A stretch of DNA of 64,000 nt from Polyangiales bacterium (GTDB lineage: Bacteria > Myxococcota_A > Polyangia > Polyangiales > Houyiibacteriaceae), in NCBI GenBank assembly GCA_965227405.1, contig OZ245758.1, forward strand, positions 4,203,267 to 4,267,266, written 5' to 3'. The notes beneath the pieces were generated by a model. That model did no database searches, was not told the origin of the DNA, and worked only from the letters and a program-made list of their open reading frames with translations. Position numbers and translations under genes: made by a program. Below, in pieces: positions 35,803-44,226 of this stretch (position 1 is the stretch's first letter; every line of letters starts with the position of its first letter).

Positions 35803-36846
35803 GTGAGGGTTCTAATCGTCGCATTGCTTTGCGGGCTGGTGTGGAGCTGTGGCGATGATAGCGAGCCCGCCTGCGCGAGCCCCGCAGACTGCGAATCCGG
35901 TCAATCGTGCATCAACGGTCGTTGTGTGTTGCGTGACGAGGATGCGGGTGGTGTGGACGGCGGCGACGATGAGGACGCTGGCGAAGATGGCGGCCAAGAC
36001 GTTGGCGTCGACGCGCCCGTCGATGTGGGCATGGACGTTGCGGATGCATCCATGGCCGACACGATCGACGCACCGCCGGACGCCGGGCCTGTCTGTCCTC
36101 TCCCTGCCGTTCCACGTGCGGAGCCCGTCGTTCTCTACACGTTCGAAGCACCGGACAATGCCACCAACGTCACCGACCGCGCTGCGGCTGACCCTGACGT
36201 TCCGCTGGTCGCGAACACGGGTGTGTTCACCGTTCGCAATGACGACGGCGGCAGCGTGCTCTTTGCCGCGGGACAACTAAGCGCCACTCAAGAAGCGAGC
36301 GACGAGTTGGTCACCGTGATTCGCGCTGCGGGCTCGTTCACCGTCGAAGTCTGGGCAACACCCGAGAACTTGGTGCTTGAAGACGAAAGCTCCCCTCCAG
36401 AACGACTGGTGACGTTCGGAGAGAGCCACGTGAACCAAGCCTTCGTGCTGGGTCAGCACGATGCGGACATCCAAGCGCGAACCCGAACCGATCAAACGCA
36501 GCCGTCAGGTTTCGCGTGCGACGAACCGGAACCTGCGCCGCGTGCAGCCGTGTATGCTCCTGGACTCGCAGTCGGGAGCCCTCAGCACATCGTCCTGGTG
36601 TTCGATTCGGACTTGGGAGAGCCGCGTGTGTACGTCGATGGAGTCGTCAGCGGAACCGACTATCCGTGTGGCAGTGGCGCATTGAACTGGATGACTGGGT
36701 TGTACCGACTTGCTCTGGGGGACGCGCTCGCTGGCAACCGTCAATGGGAAGGGGTGATCCATCGCGTGGCGATCTACGCGCGTGCGATGGACGCGGATGA
36801 AGTCGATTGCTGGCTTGGCGCCGGCCCCGACGAGCTGCCGCGCTAG
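35803..36846 (+). CDS. lipoprotein with LamG-like (concanavalin-type) jelly-roll domain
   Basis: GTG 35803 gives (M)RVLIVALLCGLVWSCGDD. The C-terminal FTVEVW...LVTFG...HIVLVFD...YVDGV...LALGDA...WEGVIHRVAIYARAMDADEV is typical of LamG_3 domains. Confidence 0.7.
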   Translation: MRVLIVALLCGLVWSCGDDSEPACASPADCESGQSCINGRCVLRDEDAGGVDGGDDEDAGEDGGQDVGVDAPVDVGMDVADASMADTIDAPPDAGPVCPLPAVPRAEPVVLYTFEAPDNATNVTDRAAADPDVPLVANTGVFTVRNDDGGSVLFAAGQLSATQEASDELVTVIRAAGSFTVEVWATPENLVLEDESSPPERLVTFGESHVNQAFVLGQHDADIQARTRTDQTQPSGFACDEPEPAPRAAVYAPGLAVGSPQHIVLVFDSDLGEPRVYVDGVVSGTDYPCGSGALNWMTGLYRLALGDALAGNRQWEGVIHRVAIYARAMDADEVDCWLGAGPDELPR

Positions 36847-38006
36847 TTCAAGGCTTCGAGCGCGTCGTCGTTAAGTTGATCGTTGGCGACCGCCTTGAAC
36901 GCTTCGGCGAGAGGTTCGTCTGCAACACTCTCGGACAGTTCGGCGACACGTGCACGAAGCTTCGCGCCTTCTTTAGGCTCTGCGGTTTCGATCAGTGCGA
37001 GTGCTGCGCCGACGCGTCGTTCGGGTGCAGCGTGTGGGTTCTCGAGGGTCTCTTCCACCCGCACGCGTGGCACGTGAACGCCGCGATACACATCTTCGCC
37101 AAACAGGCGACGCAGGCGTTCTTTCCAATCCGCCAGGCTTGCGCTTCCGCGATCCAAGATCTCTAAGGCGGTGTCCGTTCCTTGGAGTGATTTCTCCAAG
37201 CGGGCTTTTGCAGCTTGAAAGTACTCCTCGCTCACTTCGCCCAAGTCGATCTCCGCGATCACCTCCGCGTCGGAACGAAGGACCAACACGTTCGTACTCT
37301 GGTAGCGCTTTCCGCGCTCGATGGAAGTGATCCCACGATGCTTGAGAAAGTGTCGACCGAGACTGTCGGCCCAACGCAACCCATCCGCGCCGATCACCAA
37401 AGGAGAGAACCGTAGGAAGCGACGTACAGCCCAATGCACTCCTGCGAGCGCCAACAGCACGAGAGGAATCGCCGTAAGTACGTTCAAGCCCACATTGAGC
37501 GACTCGTCCCCAAGTGTCGTCCCCCAGAGAAACAGTGCGGCGAACGGCACGAGCGGCCATGTGACAGCTCGCGCGGCTCCCTTGCTTGACGGTTCTTGTC
37601 GGAGCACACGAACCGAGCGCTGCGTAGGGTCGAGGCGGCACGCTTCGAGAAAGAGTTCGGCCACGACCTCCTCTTCGAATTCCAAGCGCCAGATGCGGCC
37701 GTTGCGACCACACACAACCAGTGTGGTGTGGTCTACGCCCGGCTCGATCCATCCCTCGCGAAGTTTGCTCAGCGGGATTCGCTCACGCCCAACCTGAAGT
37801 GTGTCGCCGTCGACCTGTGCGCGCTGTTTCGCTTTTCTTCGAGCAAACGCTCGGCCGATGAATCCACCGACCATGAGACAGGCCGTGACGCCAGCAACGA
37901 CCGGGCTCCCCAGAACAACCGCAGCACCTGACGCGATTGCAGCAAGTCCGGCACCTACCGCGTCGCTGACCGGCCAGTGCCGTTGGACCTGGACCCTTGC
38001 CTTCAC
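36843..38006 (-). CDS. membrane protein with two PH-like cytoplasmic modules
   Basis: 387-aa ORF (GTG start) lying 9 nt after the stop of the upstream Rsm22-like gene. Two hydrophobic hairpins are each followed by a beta-rich ~90-aa segment. No named family. Confidence 0.6.
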   Translation of the reverse strand: MKARVQVQRHWPVSDAVGAGLAAIASGAAVVLGSPVVAGVTACLMVGGFIGRAFARRKAKQRAQVDGDTLQVGRERIPLSKLREGWIEPGVDHTTLVVCGRNGRIWRLEFEEEVVAELFLEACRLDPTQRSVRVLRQEPSSKGAARAVTWPLVPFAALFLWGTTLGDESLNVGLNVLTAIPLVLLALAGVHWAVRRFLRFSPLVIGADGLRWADSLGRHFLKHRGITSIERGKRYQSTNVLVLRSDAEVIAEIDLGEVSEEYFQAAKARLEKSLQGTDTALEILDRGSASLADWKERLRRLFGEDVYRGVHVPRVRVEETLENPHAAPERRVGAALALIETAEPKEGAKLRARVAELSESVADEPLAEAFKAVANDQLNDDALEALN

Positions 38007-38015
38007 GCTCTCACC

Positions 38016-39119
38016 CTAACGACGAGACAGTCTGAAATCGACCGCTAGCCGAACATCCTCATCCACATCGATTCGGCCTTCGCCGGTACGCACCAGCACA
38101 TCGCCGCGTCCCGCATCCCCAAACGCTTGGTTGGCTTCGGATGCGTGTCGATCAAGGCGTCGCAGCTTTTCCAACACACCATCACCGCGGCATCCCATCA
38201 GCTCGAGCTTGCCTTTGCTCTTCAAGCGAGAACTCACCACCCGAAAGTGCTTCGCGCCGCAGTTCGTCCCCAAGCGACGTCCATCGCGCCGCAAGGTCAG
38301 GTAGGCGAACGTGCTTCGGCCGGTTCGCAGATTGGCAGCGCGCGCCACTTGTTCGAGTTCGTTGGGGAGTTCGAAGGGGCGATCTTCATGGCACCAATCG
38401 CGCGGGTTCTCGAGCATGGGGCAGGGCGCGGTGTGAAGACAGGGCGCGAACACGGTCAGCTCGTCCACCAGACGATCACGCAACGCTTGAAGTCGACGTG
38501 TCGGGTCGCGCAGCGCGGGCTCGAGGATGATCAGAGCGCCTTCATCGGTGAGAAACTGGGCTGCCCAGAGCACTAGGTCCGAGGCTTCTTGTTCGTCCAA
38601 CTCGTTGAGCACGAGTCCCATCAACACAAAGTCGTATGGTCCACCAAGGGAGGGCTTTCGTCGCAAGTCCGCGACGCGGGTTTGAACCGCCACCTGTGAC
38701 GCCTGCGCCGCAAGCTCGGAGAACATGCGGCACGCATCCGCGCTTTCATCGACCCCTGTGACGTTGAGTCCCTCTCCGCCGATCAGTTCGGCAAACCACA
38801 CCGCTCCCAACGACGTCGTGCCCACTCCACAGCCGAGGTCGAGAACGTTCCACGCCCGCTGCGGTATCAGCCCTGCGTCGTGTAGCTCACGCAACGGATG
38901 CAGAACCTTGATGACGTCACGCGGGAGAAAAAATCGCGTTCGGGCTTGAAGTGCATCGCCGTGCCGAGTGGACGCGAGCTCGTCGCGGCGTTTCGTGTAG
39001 CGTTCGCTAACTTCGGTGACCAGTTCGACGAGAGGACGTTTTGGAGCGCCGAGAACCCGATCCGCGCAGGCATGAACGTGCGTCAACCATCCTTCGGGAA
39101 GCTGGCTTGGCAGCTTCAT
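38016..39119 (-). CDS. Rsm22-family SAM-dependent methyltransferase
   Basis: SAM motif VLDLGCGVGTTSLG plus a C-terminal Cys/His cluster (APCLHTAPCPML...WCHEDRPF), as in bacterial Rsm22 homologs. Confidence 0.7.
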   Translation of the reverse strand: MKLPSQLPEGWLTHVHACADRVLGAPKRPLVELVTEVSERYTKRRDELASTRHGDALQARTRFFLPRDVIKVLHPLRELHDAGLIPQRAWNVLDLGCGVGTTSLGAVWFAELIGGEGLNVTGVDESADACRMFSELAAQASQVAVQTRVADLRRKPSLGGPYDFVLMGLVLNELDEQEASDLVLWAAQFLTDEGALIILEPALRDPTRRLQALRDRLVDELTVFAPCLHTAPCPMLENPRDWCHEDRPFELPNELEQVARAANLRTGRSTFAYLTLRRDGRRLGTNCGAKHFRVVSSRLKSKGKLELMGCRGDGVLEKLRRLDRHASEANQAFGDAGRGDVLVRTGEGRIDVDEDVRLAVDFRLSRR

Positions 39120-39200
39120 TTCGCCGCCCTAAGCTTCGTCGCAACGAGGGTCTGCTGCAATCGTGCACTCGTACTTTCGTGGTAGCGTCTGAGCCCGAGC

Positions 39201-39905
39201 ATGGCTGAATCTTCCCCATCCAAGGCGTCTATCGCCTGGCACCTCTTAGCGGCTCTCACCGTCGCGCTCATGGGTGCCACGCTCTACCTTATTTTCTTCG
39301 TCGCGCCCGCCGAAGAGCAGATGGGCATCGTTCAGAAGATCTTCTATCTGCACGTGCCGAGCGCGTACTGCATGTACGTCGGCTTCAGCATCTCCGCGTT
39401 TGGCGGACTGATGTACCTCGCACAGCGTAAGGACCGTTGGGATCGCGTCGCTCTCGCAGGTGCCGAAGTCGGAATGCTCTTTTGCGCCATTGTGCTGATC
39501 ACCGGGCCGCTGTGGGGCCGCAAAGCATGGGGCTACTACTGGGTTTGGGACCCGCGCCTGACCAGCACTCTGCTCACGGGCATGATCTACACGGCGTACG
39601 TGGGTCTTCGTTCCTTCGGTGACGCCGGCGAGGCCGAAAAGCGATTTGCGTCGGCACTGGCGCTCATCGGTTTTCCGATGCTCTTTCTGATCAAGTACAG
39701 CGTTCAGCGTTGGAGCGGCCAGCATCCCGTCGTCATTACGGGTAGCGGTGGCGGAATCTCTGCCGACATGGTGCCCGCACTGGTGTGTTCGTTCTGCGCG
39801 TTCACCGGCCTCGTGATCTGGTTGCTCTGGACTCGCATGCGCGTGGAGCGTCAACGACAAGAGATCTGGGCTTTAGAGCTCGAGAACGTCATGGGAGACG
39901 ATTGA
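39201..39905 (+). CDS. ccmC: heme exporter protein C (System I cytochrome c maturation)
   Basis: QKIFYLHVPSAY block and the WWD signature WGYYWVWDPRLTS. Six hydrophobic helices. Confidence 0.9.
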   Translation: MAESSPSKASIAWHLLAALTVALMGATLYLIFFVAPAEEQMGIVQKIFYLHVPSAYCMYVGFSISAFGGLMYLAQRKDRWDRVALAGAEVGMLFCAIVLITGPLWGRKAWGYYWVWDPRLTSTLLTGMIYTAYVGLRSFGDAGEAEKRFASALALIGFPMLFLIKYSVQRWSGQHPVVITGSGGGISADMVPALVCSFCAFTGLVIWLLWTRMRVERQRQEIWALELENVMGDD

Positions 39906-40195
39906 TGAGAGCGCTCGTGTTTGCTGTGTTGCTCGGTGCATCGGTAGCCTCGTTCAGCGGTTTGGCCGTCGCGCAAGAAGAAGAGCAGTCACAACCCGAA
40001 GAGGATCGCGCGTCTGCATTTCGCGCGGTGTCGGGTCCCCAAGTCGATCGCGTTCCTGGTGGACAGCTCCTTGTCGGCGCGTACGGTGCGGCGTGGATTC
40101 TCATGTTGGGATACCTCTGGCGGCTCGGTCGCCTGCACACGGCGAACGCTCGGGAACTTGAGCGGCTCAAGACGGCCAAAACCGACGACGACTAG
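39905..40195 (+). CDS. CcmD-like small membrane protein
   Basis: ATG 39905 overlaps the ccmC stop (TGATG). The single C-terminal TM followed by a basic stretch (GAYGAAWILMLGYLWRLGRLH) is CcmD-like. The N-terminal signal-like extension is atypical. Confidence 0.55.
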   Translation: MRALVFAVLLGASVASFSGLAVAQEEEQSQPEEDRASAFRAVSGPQVDRVPGGQLLVGAYGAAWILMLGYLWRLGRLHTANARELERLKTAKTDDD

Positions 40196-40324
40196 ATGCC
40201 CTCGGTTGAACACTTTCTCTACATCCCGGGCATTCTCCTCGTGGGGTTGGCCATCGGTTTTCGTTTGGGCGCCAAAGCGGCGCGCGAAGAACTCGAGAAA
40301 CGTCGCAAGGCGCGACGCGAATAA
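40196..40324 (+). CDS. 42-aa single-TM peptide (unannotated small ORF)
   Basis: ATG directly abuts the preceding stop (TAGATG). My translation is MPSVEHFLYIPGILLVGLAIGFRLGAKAAREELEKRRKARRE, one TM helix plus a basic tail. It falls below the ORF-track length cutoff. Confidence 0.4.
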   Translation: MPSVEHFLYIPGILLVGLAIGFRLGAKAAREELEKRRKARRE

Positions 40325-40339
40325 TCACAAAGGTTAGGA

Positions 40340-41488
40340 ATGCTGGACTTCGGACTGACGGACGAGCAGAACGCGCTCATCGAGAACACCCGCCGCTTTG
40401 TGCGGGAGCGCATCATCCCGGTTGCCGCTGAGGCGGACCAAACATGTGAGTTTCCCAAAGACGTGTTCAAGGAGGCGTGGGAGCTCGGACTTGTCGGGTC
40501 GGTGATTCCGGAGACGTACAACGGATCCGGACTGAACGAGATCGACAACGTCTTGCTCACCGAGGAACTCGCTTACGGTTGCACGGGCATCCAGACATCC
40601 ATCACCGCGAACACCCTTGCCGCCACTCCGTTGATCATCGCGGGCAGTGAAGAGCAAAAGAAGAAGTACCTCGGGATGCTGACGTCCGAGCCGTTGTTCG
40701 CTGCGTACGCGATTACGGAGCCGGCAGCAGGAAGCGACGCCGCAGGCATTCAGGCACGCTGCAAGCAGGTCGGTGATGACTGGGTCATCAACGGCGAGAA
40801 GTGCTACATCACCAACGGTTCGTGGGCGAGTTGGTACATCGTGTTTGCCACGACGGACCCGGAGCTTCGACACAGAGGCATTGCCGCGTTCGTTGTTGAC
40901 CGCGACACGCCTGGGGTGTCGGTGGGCAAGAAGGAAGACAAGCTCGGACAGCGCGCAAGCGACACCGCGACGATTCACTTCGAGGACGTGAAGGTTCCGA
41001 AGGAGAACATGATCGCCCCGCCCGGACAGGGCTTCAAAGTCGCGATGCAGACGTTTGACCGAACGCGTCCGGACATCGGCGCTGGAGCGTGCGGGTTGAT
41101 GCGTCGTTGTCTCGATGAATCGGTGGCATACGCCACGGAGCGTCGTACGTTCGGCGTTCCGATTGCGCAGCACCAGATGGTGCAAGCGATGATCGCCGAG
41201 ATGGCGATCAAGTACGAAGCGACTCGTTTGCTTGTGCTAAAGGCCGCATGGCAGATCGACAAGGGATCACGCAACTCTTTGGTGGCTAGCTACAGCAAGG
41301 CATTTGGCGCCGATAGCGCCATGGCGGTTTCGACCGATGCTGTTCAGGTGTTCGGCGGTGCGGGTTACATGAAGGACTACCCCGTCGAAAAACTCATGCG
41401 CGACGCGAAGATTCTTCAGATCTACGAAGGCACTTCGCAGATTCAGCGGATGGTGATCGCGCGCAACATTTTCAAGGGCGTGCGCTAA
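40340..41488 (+). CDS. acyl-CoA dehydrogenase (short/medium-chain type)
   Basis: Full-length ACAD pattern: TEPxAGSD, GxKxxITNG, QxFGGxGY, and the catalytic-Glu block IYEGTSQIQ. Confidence 0.95.
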   Translation: MLDFGLTDEQNALIENTRRFVRERIIPVAAEADQTCEFPKDVFKEAWELGLVGSVIPETYNGSGLNEIDNVLLTEELAYGCTGIQTSITANTLAATPLIIAGSEEQKKKYLGMLTSEPLFAAYAITEPAAGSDAAGIQARCKQVGDDWVINGEKCYITNGSWASWYIVFATTDPELRHRGIAAFVVDRDTPGVSVGKKEDKLGQRASDTATIHFEDVKVPKENMIAPPGQGFKVAMQTFDRTRPDIGAGACGLMRRCLDESVAYATERRTFGVPIAQHQMVQAMIAEMAIKYEATRLLVLKAAWQIDKGSRNSLVASYSKAFGADSAMAVSTDAVQVFGGAGYMKDYPVEKLMRDAKILQIYEGTSQIQRMVIARNIFKGVR

Positions 41489-41506
41489 TTGGGTTAAGCT
41501 TGCGCC

Positions 41507-42574
41507 GTGCGGCGCTGGCTCGCGTTTGGTTGTTTGGTGTTGCTCGCGTGTGGCGAGACGACAGAGCCGGGCCAACCGGTTGAGCTCGAAGCCGAACCTC
41601 AAGAAGTCGAGGTGGAAGAAACACCTCCCGTCGAAGCGCAGCCTGTCGAAGACGAAGACGTTCCGGTGGCCCCACCCACGTTGGAGGCTCCGGAACACGT
41701 AGTCTTTCCACCGGGGCCGCACGAACACGAAGGGTTGCTTCAGGCGATTTCGACAACCACGACGCGTCAGTTCAAGCCGGTCGGACACTCGTCCATTGTG
41801 TTCCGGATGCGGCTGCGTTCAGAGCACACGGCGGCGTTCAAGCCGCGCAGCCGACAGCATCGTCGTGGTTATCGTGCGGAAGTCGCCGCATATCGACTCT
41901 CGCGAGTGCTGGGGATGGACAACGTTCCGCCTGCAGCGGTGCGAAACGTTCGGATGGCCGAGATCGAAGACCGTTTCCACCCGCGCTACTACGACGTTGA
42001 AACATGGAACGAAGTTCGTGAGTGGTGCCTCCCGAACGGCGGTGAAGTTCCCGGAGCATCGATCTACTGGATTCCCGAGATGGAAGACCCGGACCTGGAT
42101 CGTCCTGCGGAGATCCGACGCTGGCGACCCTGGTTGCAACACGACGTGACCATCCCCCAAGCGAAGCGAGAACTCGCTCGTGATCTTTCGAACATGTTGG
42201 TGTTCGATTACCTCATCGGAAATTGGGACCGGTTCAGTGGCGGCAACATCCACACGACTCCGGATGAGTCCCGTCTCTTTGTGCGCGACCACAACGCCGC
42301 GTTTGCCACACGTCTTCCACCCGATGTGCATTCACGACTTCGTGAGCGGTTGACGTATGCGGAACGGTTTTCACGCGGCATGGTGGAGCGGGTTCAGCTC
42401 TTGGACCATGCGGCGATCGAGCTCGAACTAGCTCGCGATCCCAGTCACGCCAACACACCCTTGCTTGAGGATGAGCAGATTGCCGGGGTGCTGGAACGGC
42501 GTGAAACCTTCCTGTCGTTGGTGGGTGCGCTGATCGAGCGGCACGGCGAAGAAGCCGTCCTCTACTTCCCCTGA
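41507..42574 (+). CDS. lipoprotein with Fam20/Fjx-like (atypical secretory-pathway kinase-like) motifs
   Basis: Lipobox CLVLLACG. Blocks AAFKPRS, YRAEVAAYRLSRVLGMDNVPP, VFDYLIGNWDRF and VRDHNAAF occur in the same order as the Fam20C blocks as I remember them (FKP, AEIAAFHLDRIL..VPP, FDFLIGNMDRH, LDNGxSF). Confidence 0.65.
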   Translation: MRRWLAFGCLVLLACGETTEPGQPVELEAEPQEVEVEETPPVEAQPVEDEDVPVAPPTLEAPEHVVFPPGPHEHEGLLQAISTTTTRQFKPVGHSSIVFRMRLRSEHTAAFKPRSRQHRRGYRAEVAAYRLSRVLGMDNVPPAAVRNVRMAEIEDRFHPRYYDVETWNEVREWCLPNGGEVPGASIYWIPEMEDPDLDRPAEIRRWRPWLQHDVTIPQAKRELARDLSNMLVFDYLIGNWDRFSGGNIHTTPDESRLFVRDHNAAFATRLPPDVHSRLRERLTYAERFSRGMVERVQLLDHAAIELELARDPSHANTPLLEDEQIAGVLERRETFLSLVGALIERHGEEAVLYFP

Positions 42575-42592
42575 CTCGCGTATGCTCTCGCG

Positions 42593-42931
42593 ATGGGCGT
42601 CGAGTCCATTATCGCGGTCGCAGGAGGCCTGTTCTTGGGAACCGGTCTCGGGATCTTTCTCGGACGTGGAAGCCAAGGCGGTGTTCGTCGTGAGCTGACG
42701 GCGCACAAGACCGCGCTCTCGACGACGGTGATCCCCGTGTTGGAGCAACACGCCGATGCGTTGGAACTGCCCGAAAACGAACGTTGCCGCGAGATCAGTG
42801 ATCCGATGCGACTTGTGGTCGCATTGTCCACGTCGATTCGCCGGCATCAGGAGCGCGAGAATCTGCCCTTCTCGGACACACTCGACGTTGCGGTCACGGG
42901 CGATCTCTTAAAGCGCGAGTCGGAGGATTGA
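42593..42931 (+). CDS. small N-terminally membrane-anchored protein
   Basis: 112 aa with one TM (IIAVAGGLFLGTGLGIFLG). It lies 3 nt upstream of the HK-like gene. Confidence 0.55.
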   Translation: MGVESIIAVAGGLFLGTGLGIFLGRGSQGGVRRELTAHKTALSTTVIPVLEQHADALELPENERCREISDPMRLVVALSTSIRRHQERENLPFSDTLDVAVTGDLLKRESED

Positions 42932-42934
42932 TTC

Positions 42935-43519
42935 GTGAGCGAACTACTAGCTCACCTTAGCCATGACTTGCGCAATCCCGGCACGACGTTGGTCAGTTGT
43001 CTGGAGTTGCTGCGCGACGTGGTTGAGGATCCGGACGGGCTCGAGGCGGTGGAAGACGCTGGGTTAGCGCTTGAGCAACTCAAGAACGCGTGGGCACGCG
43101 TGGATGTTCTTGCGGGGCACTTTGCACCCGATCTCGTCGAGTTGATGCCCTTAGCAAGCATCCTCGCTCACGTGACCAAGACCCATCACGCATCGTGCAG
43201 TGCGCCTGATGACATCGAGGTTCCAAAAGGCTTTCGATTTGTCTTGGATGGGCTGCTCGAGGCGACTCGGAAGCCCACGGTTGAAGTGAGCATCGCGAAC
43301 AACGAGCTGCAGATTCAGATCAGCGACTCACGGGGCGTTGTCGAAGATCCAGAGCTGCGCATCGATGCGTTCGAGATCGAACGCCAGTCCGATATGAAGA
43401 AGGTTGGTCGCTACTCGCGGTTCCTCGGTCTGGTGACCGCCCGTGAAGTCGCACGGCACGTGGGTGCGACGCTTGTTGCCGGCGAGGACTGCTTGTTCCG
43501 GCTTACTCGAGCAACTTGA
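42935..43519 (+). CDS. minimal histidine-kinase-like protein with degenerate ATPase domain
   Basis: H-box LAHLSHDLRNPGT. The C-terminal GHKL-like region has a degenerate G1 (ISDSRG) and G2 (SRFLGL). No sensor or TM domain. 194 aa. Confidence 0.65.
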   Translation: MSELLAHLSHDLRNPGTTLVSCLELLRDVVEDPDGLEAVEDAGLALEQLKNAWARVDVLAGHFAPDLVELMPLASILAHVTKTHHASCSAPDDIEVPKGFRFVLDGLLEATRKPTVEVSIANNELQIQISDSRGVVEDPELRIDAFEIERQSDMKKVGRYSRFLGLVTAREVARHVGATLVAGEDCLFRLTRAT

Positions 43520-43715
43520 AGCTGGTGACGCGAATCGCGTCGCCCACCATACCGACGCTCACTTCGGCGGAATCTTTCGTCCCTTGAACTTCCGCGCGTG
43601 CGCCGTTCACCAGAAGTTCGGCAGGAGCATCGAGAAGCTCGACAGTGTTGCCTTCGTCTGTGACGAGAGCCCAGAGACCACCTTCGAGTCCTAGCTTTCG
43701 GATCGTTCCACGCAT
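43503..43715 (-). CDS. hypothetical 70-aa protein
   Basis: Compact beta-rich ORF with GC-rich third codon positions. Converges on the HK-like gene with a 17-nt overlap. No motif. Confidence 0.45.
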   Translation of the reverse strand: MRGTIRKLGLEGGLWALVTDEGNTVELLDAPAELLVNGARAEVQGTKDSAEVSVGMVGDAIRVTSFKLLE

Positions 43716-43762
43716 GCCTCACAGATAAGGCTCAATTGGCGAGGGAACAATAGAGGCGCGGA

Positions 43763-44215
43763 TCAGCCTTGTGCAGCAGCGCGAAGTGTCGCGCGATGCT
43801 CGATGGCTGAGTCGATCAACCCTTGGAGGGCGTCTTCGATCTCGTCGTAGTCCAACGACTCGGTTGGAAGCTCCACGGTCAGCACCACGTCGCCGTCTTC
43901 GTCGTACGCGAACTTGGATTGGAACATGTCGCGGTTCATTCTCAGCAACCAGCGCGAGAGTTCGAAGGAGTTGTCACCGTTGGTGGCGAGAAAAGGAACA
44001 ACCGACGCCACCAACCAGTGTTCGTCCAAACGCAGGTACACGGTCATCTCGCCTTCACGCGTGTTGTGCACGCAGCGAAACGTGGCCTTCCCGTGTGGCT
44101 TGGCATCCCAACCCACCTTCTCGAGCGCGTCCTTGAGTCCCCTCTCGTCGAGCATGCTCGCGCTGATCATTCGCGCATCGACCCGTGAGGTCAAGCGTTG
44201 GAACAACGAGTGCAT
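43763..44215 (-). CDS. YbjN/T3SS-chaperone-like family protein
   Basis: 150 aa. The pattern F..........YLRLDEHWLVASV...N....L.RWLLRMN....SKFAYDEDGDVVLTVELP is typical of YbjN-domain proteins. Confidence 0.65.
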   Translation of the reverse strand: MHSLFQRLTSRVDARMISASMLDERGLKDALEKVGWDAKPHGKATFRCVHNTREGEMTVYLRLDEHWLVASVVPFLATNGDNSFELSRWLLRMNRDMFQSKFAYDEDGDVVLTVELPTESLDYDEIEDALQGLIDSAIEHRATLRAAAQG

Positions 44216-44226
44216 CCAGTCTCGTG

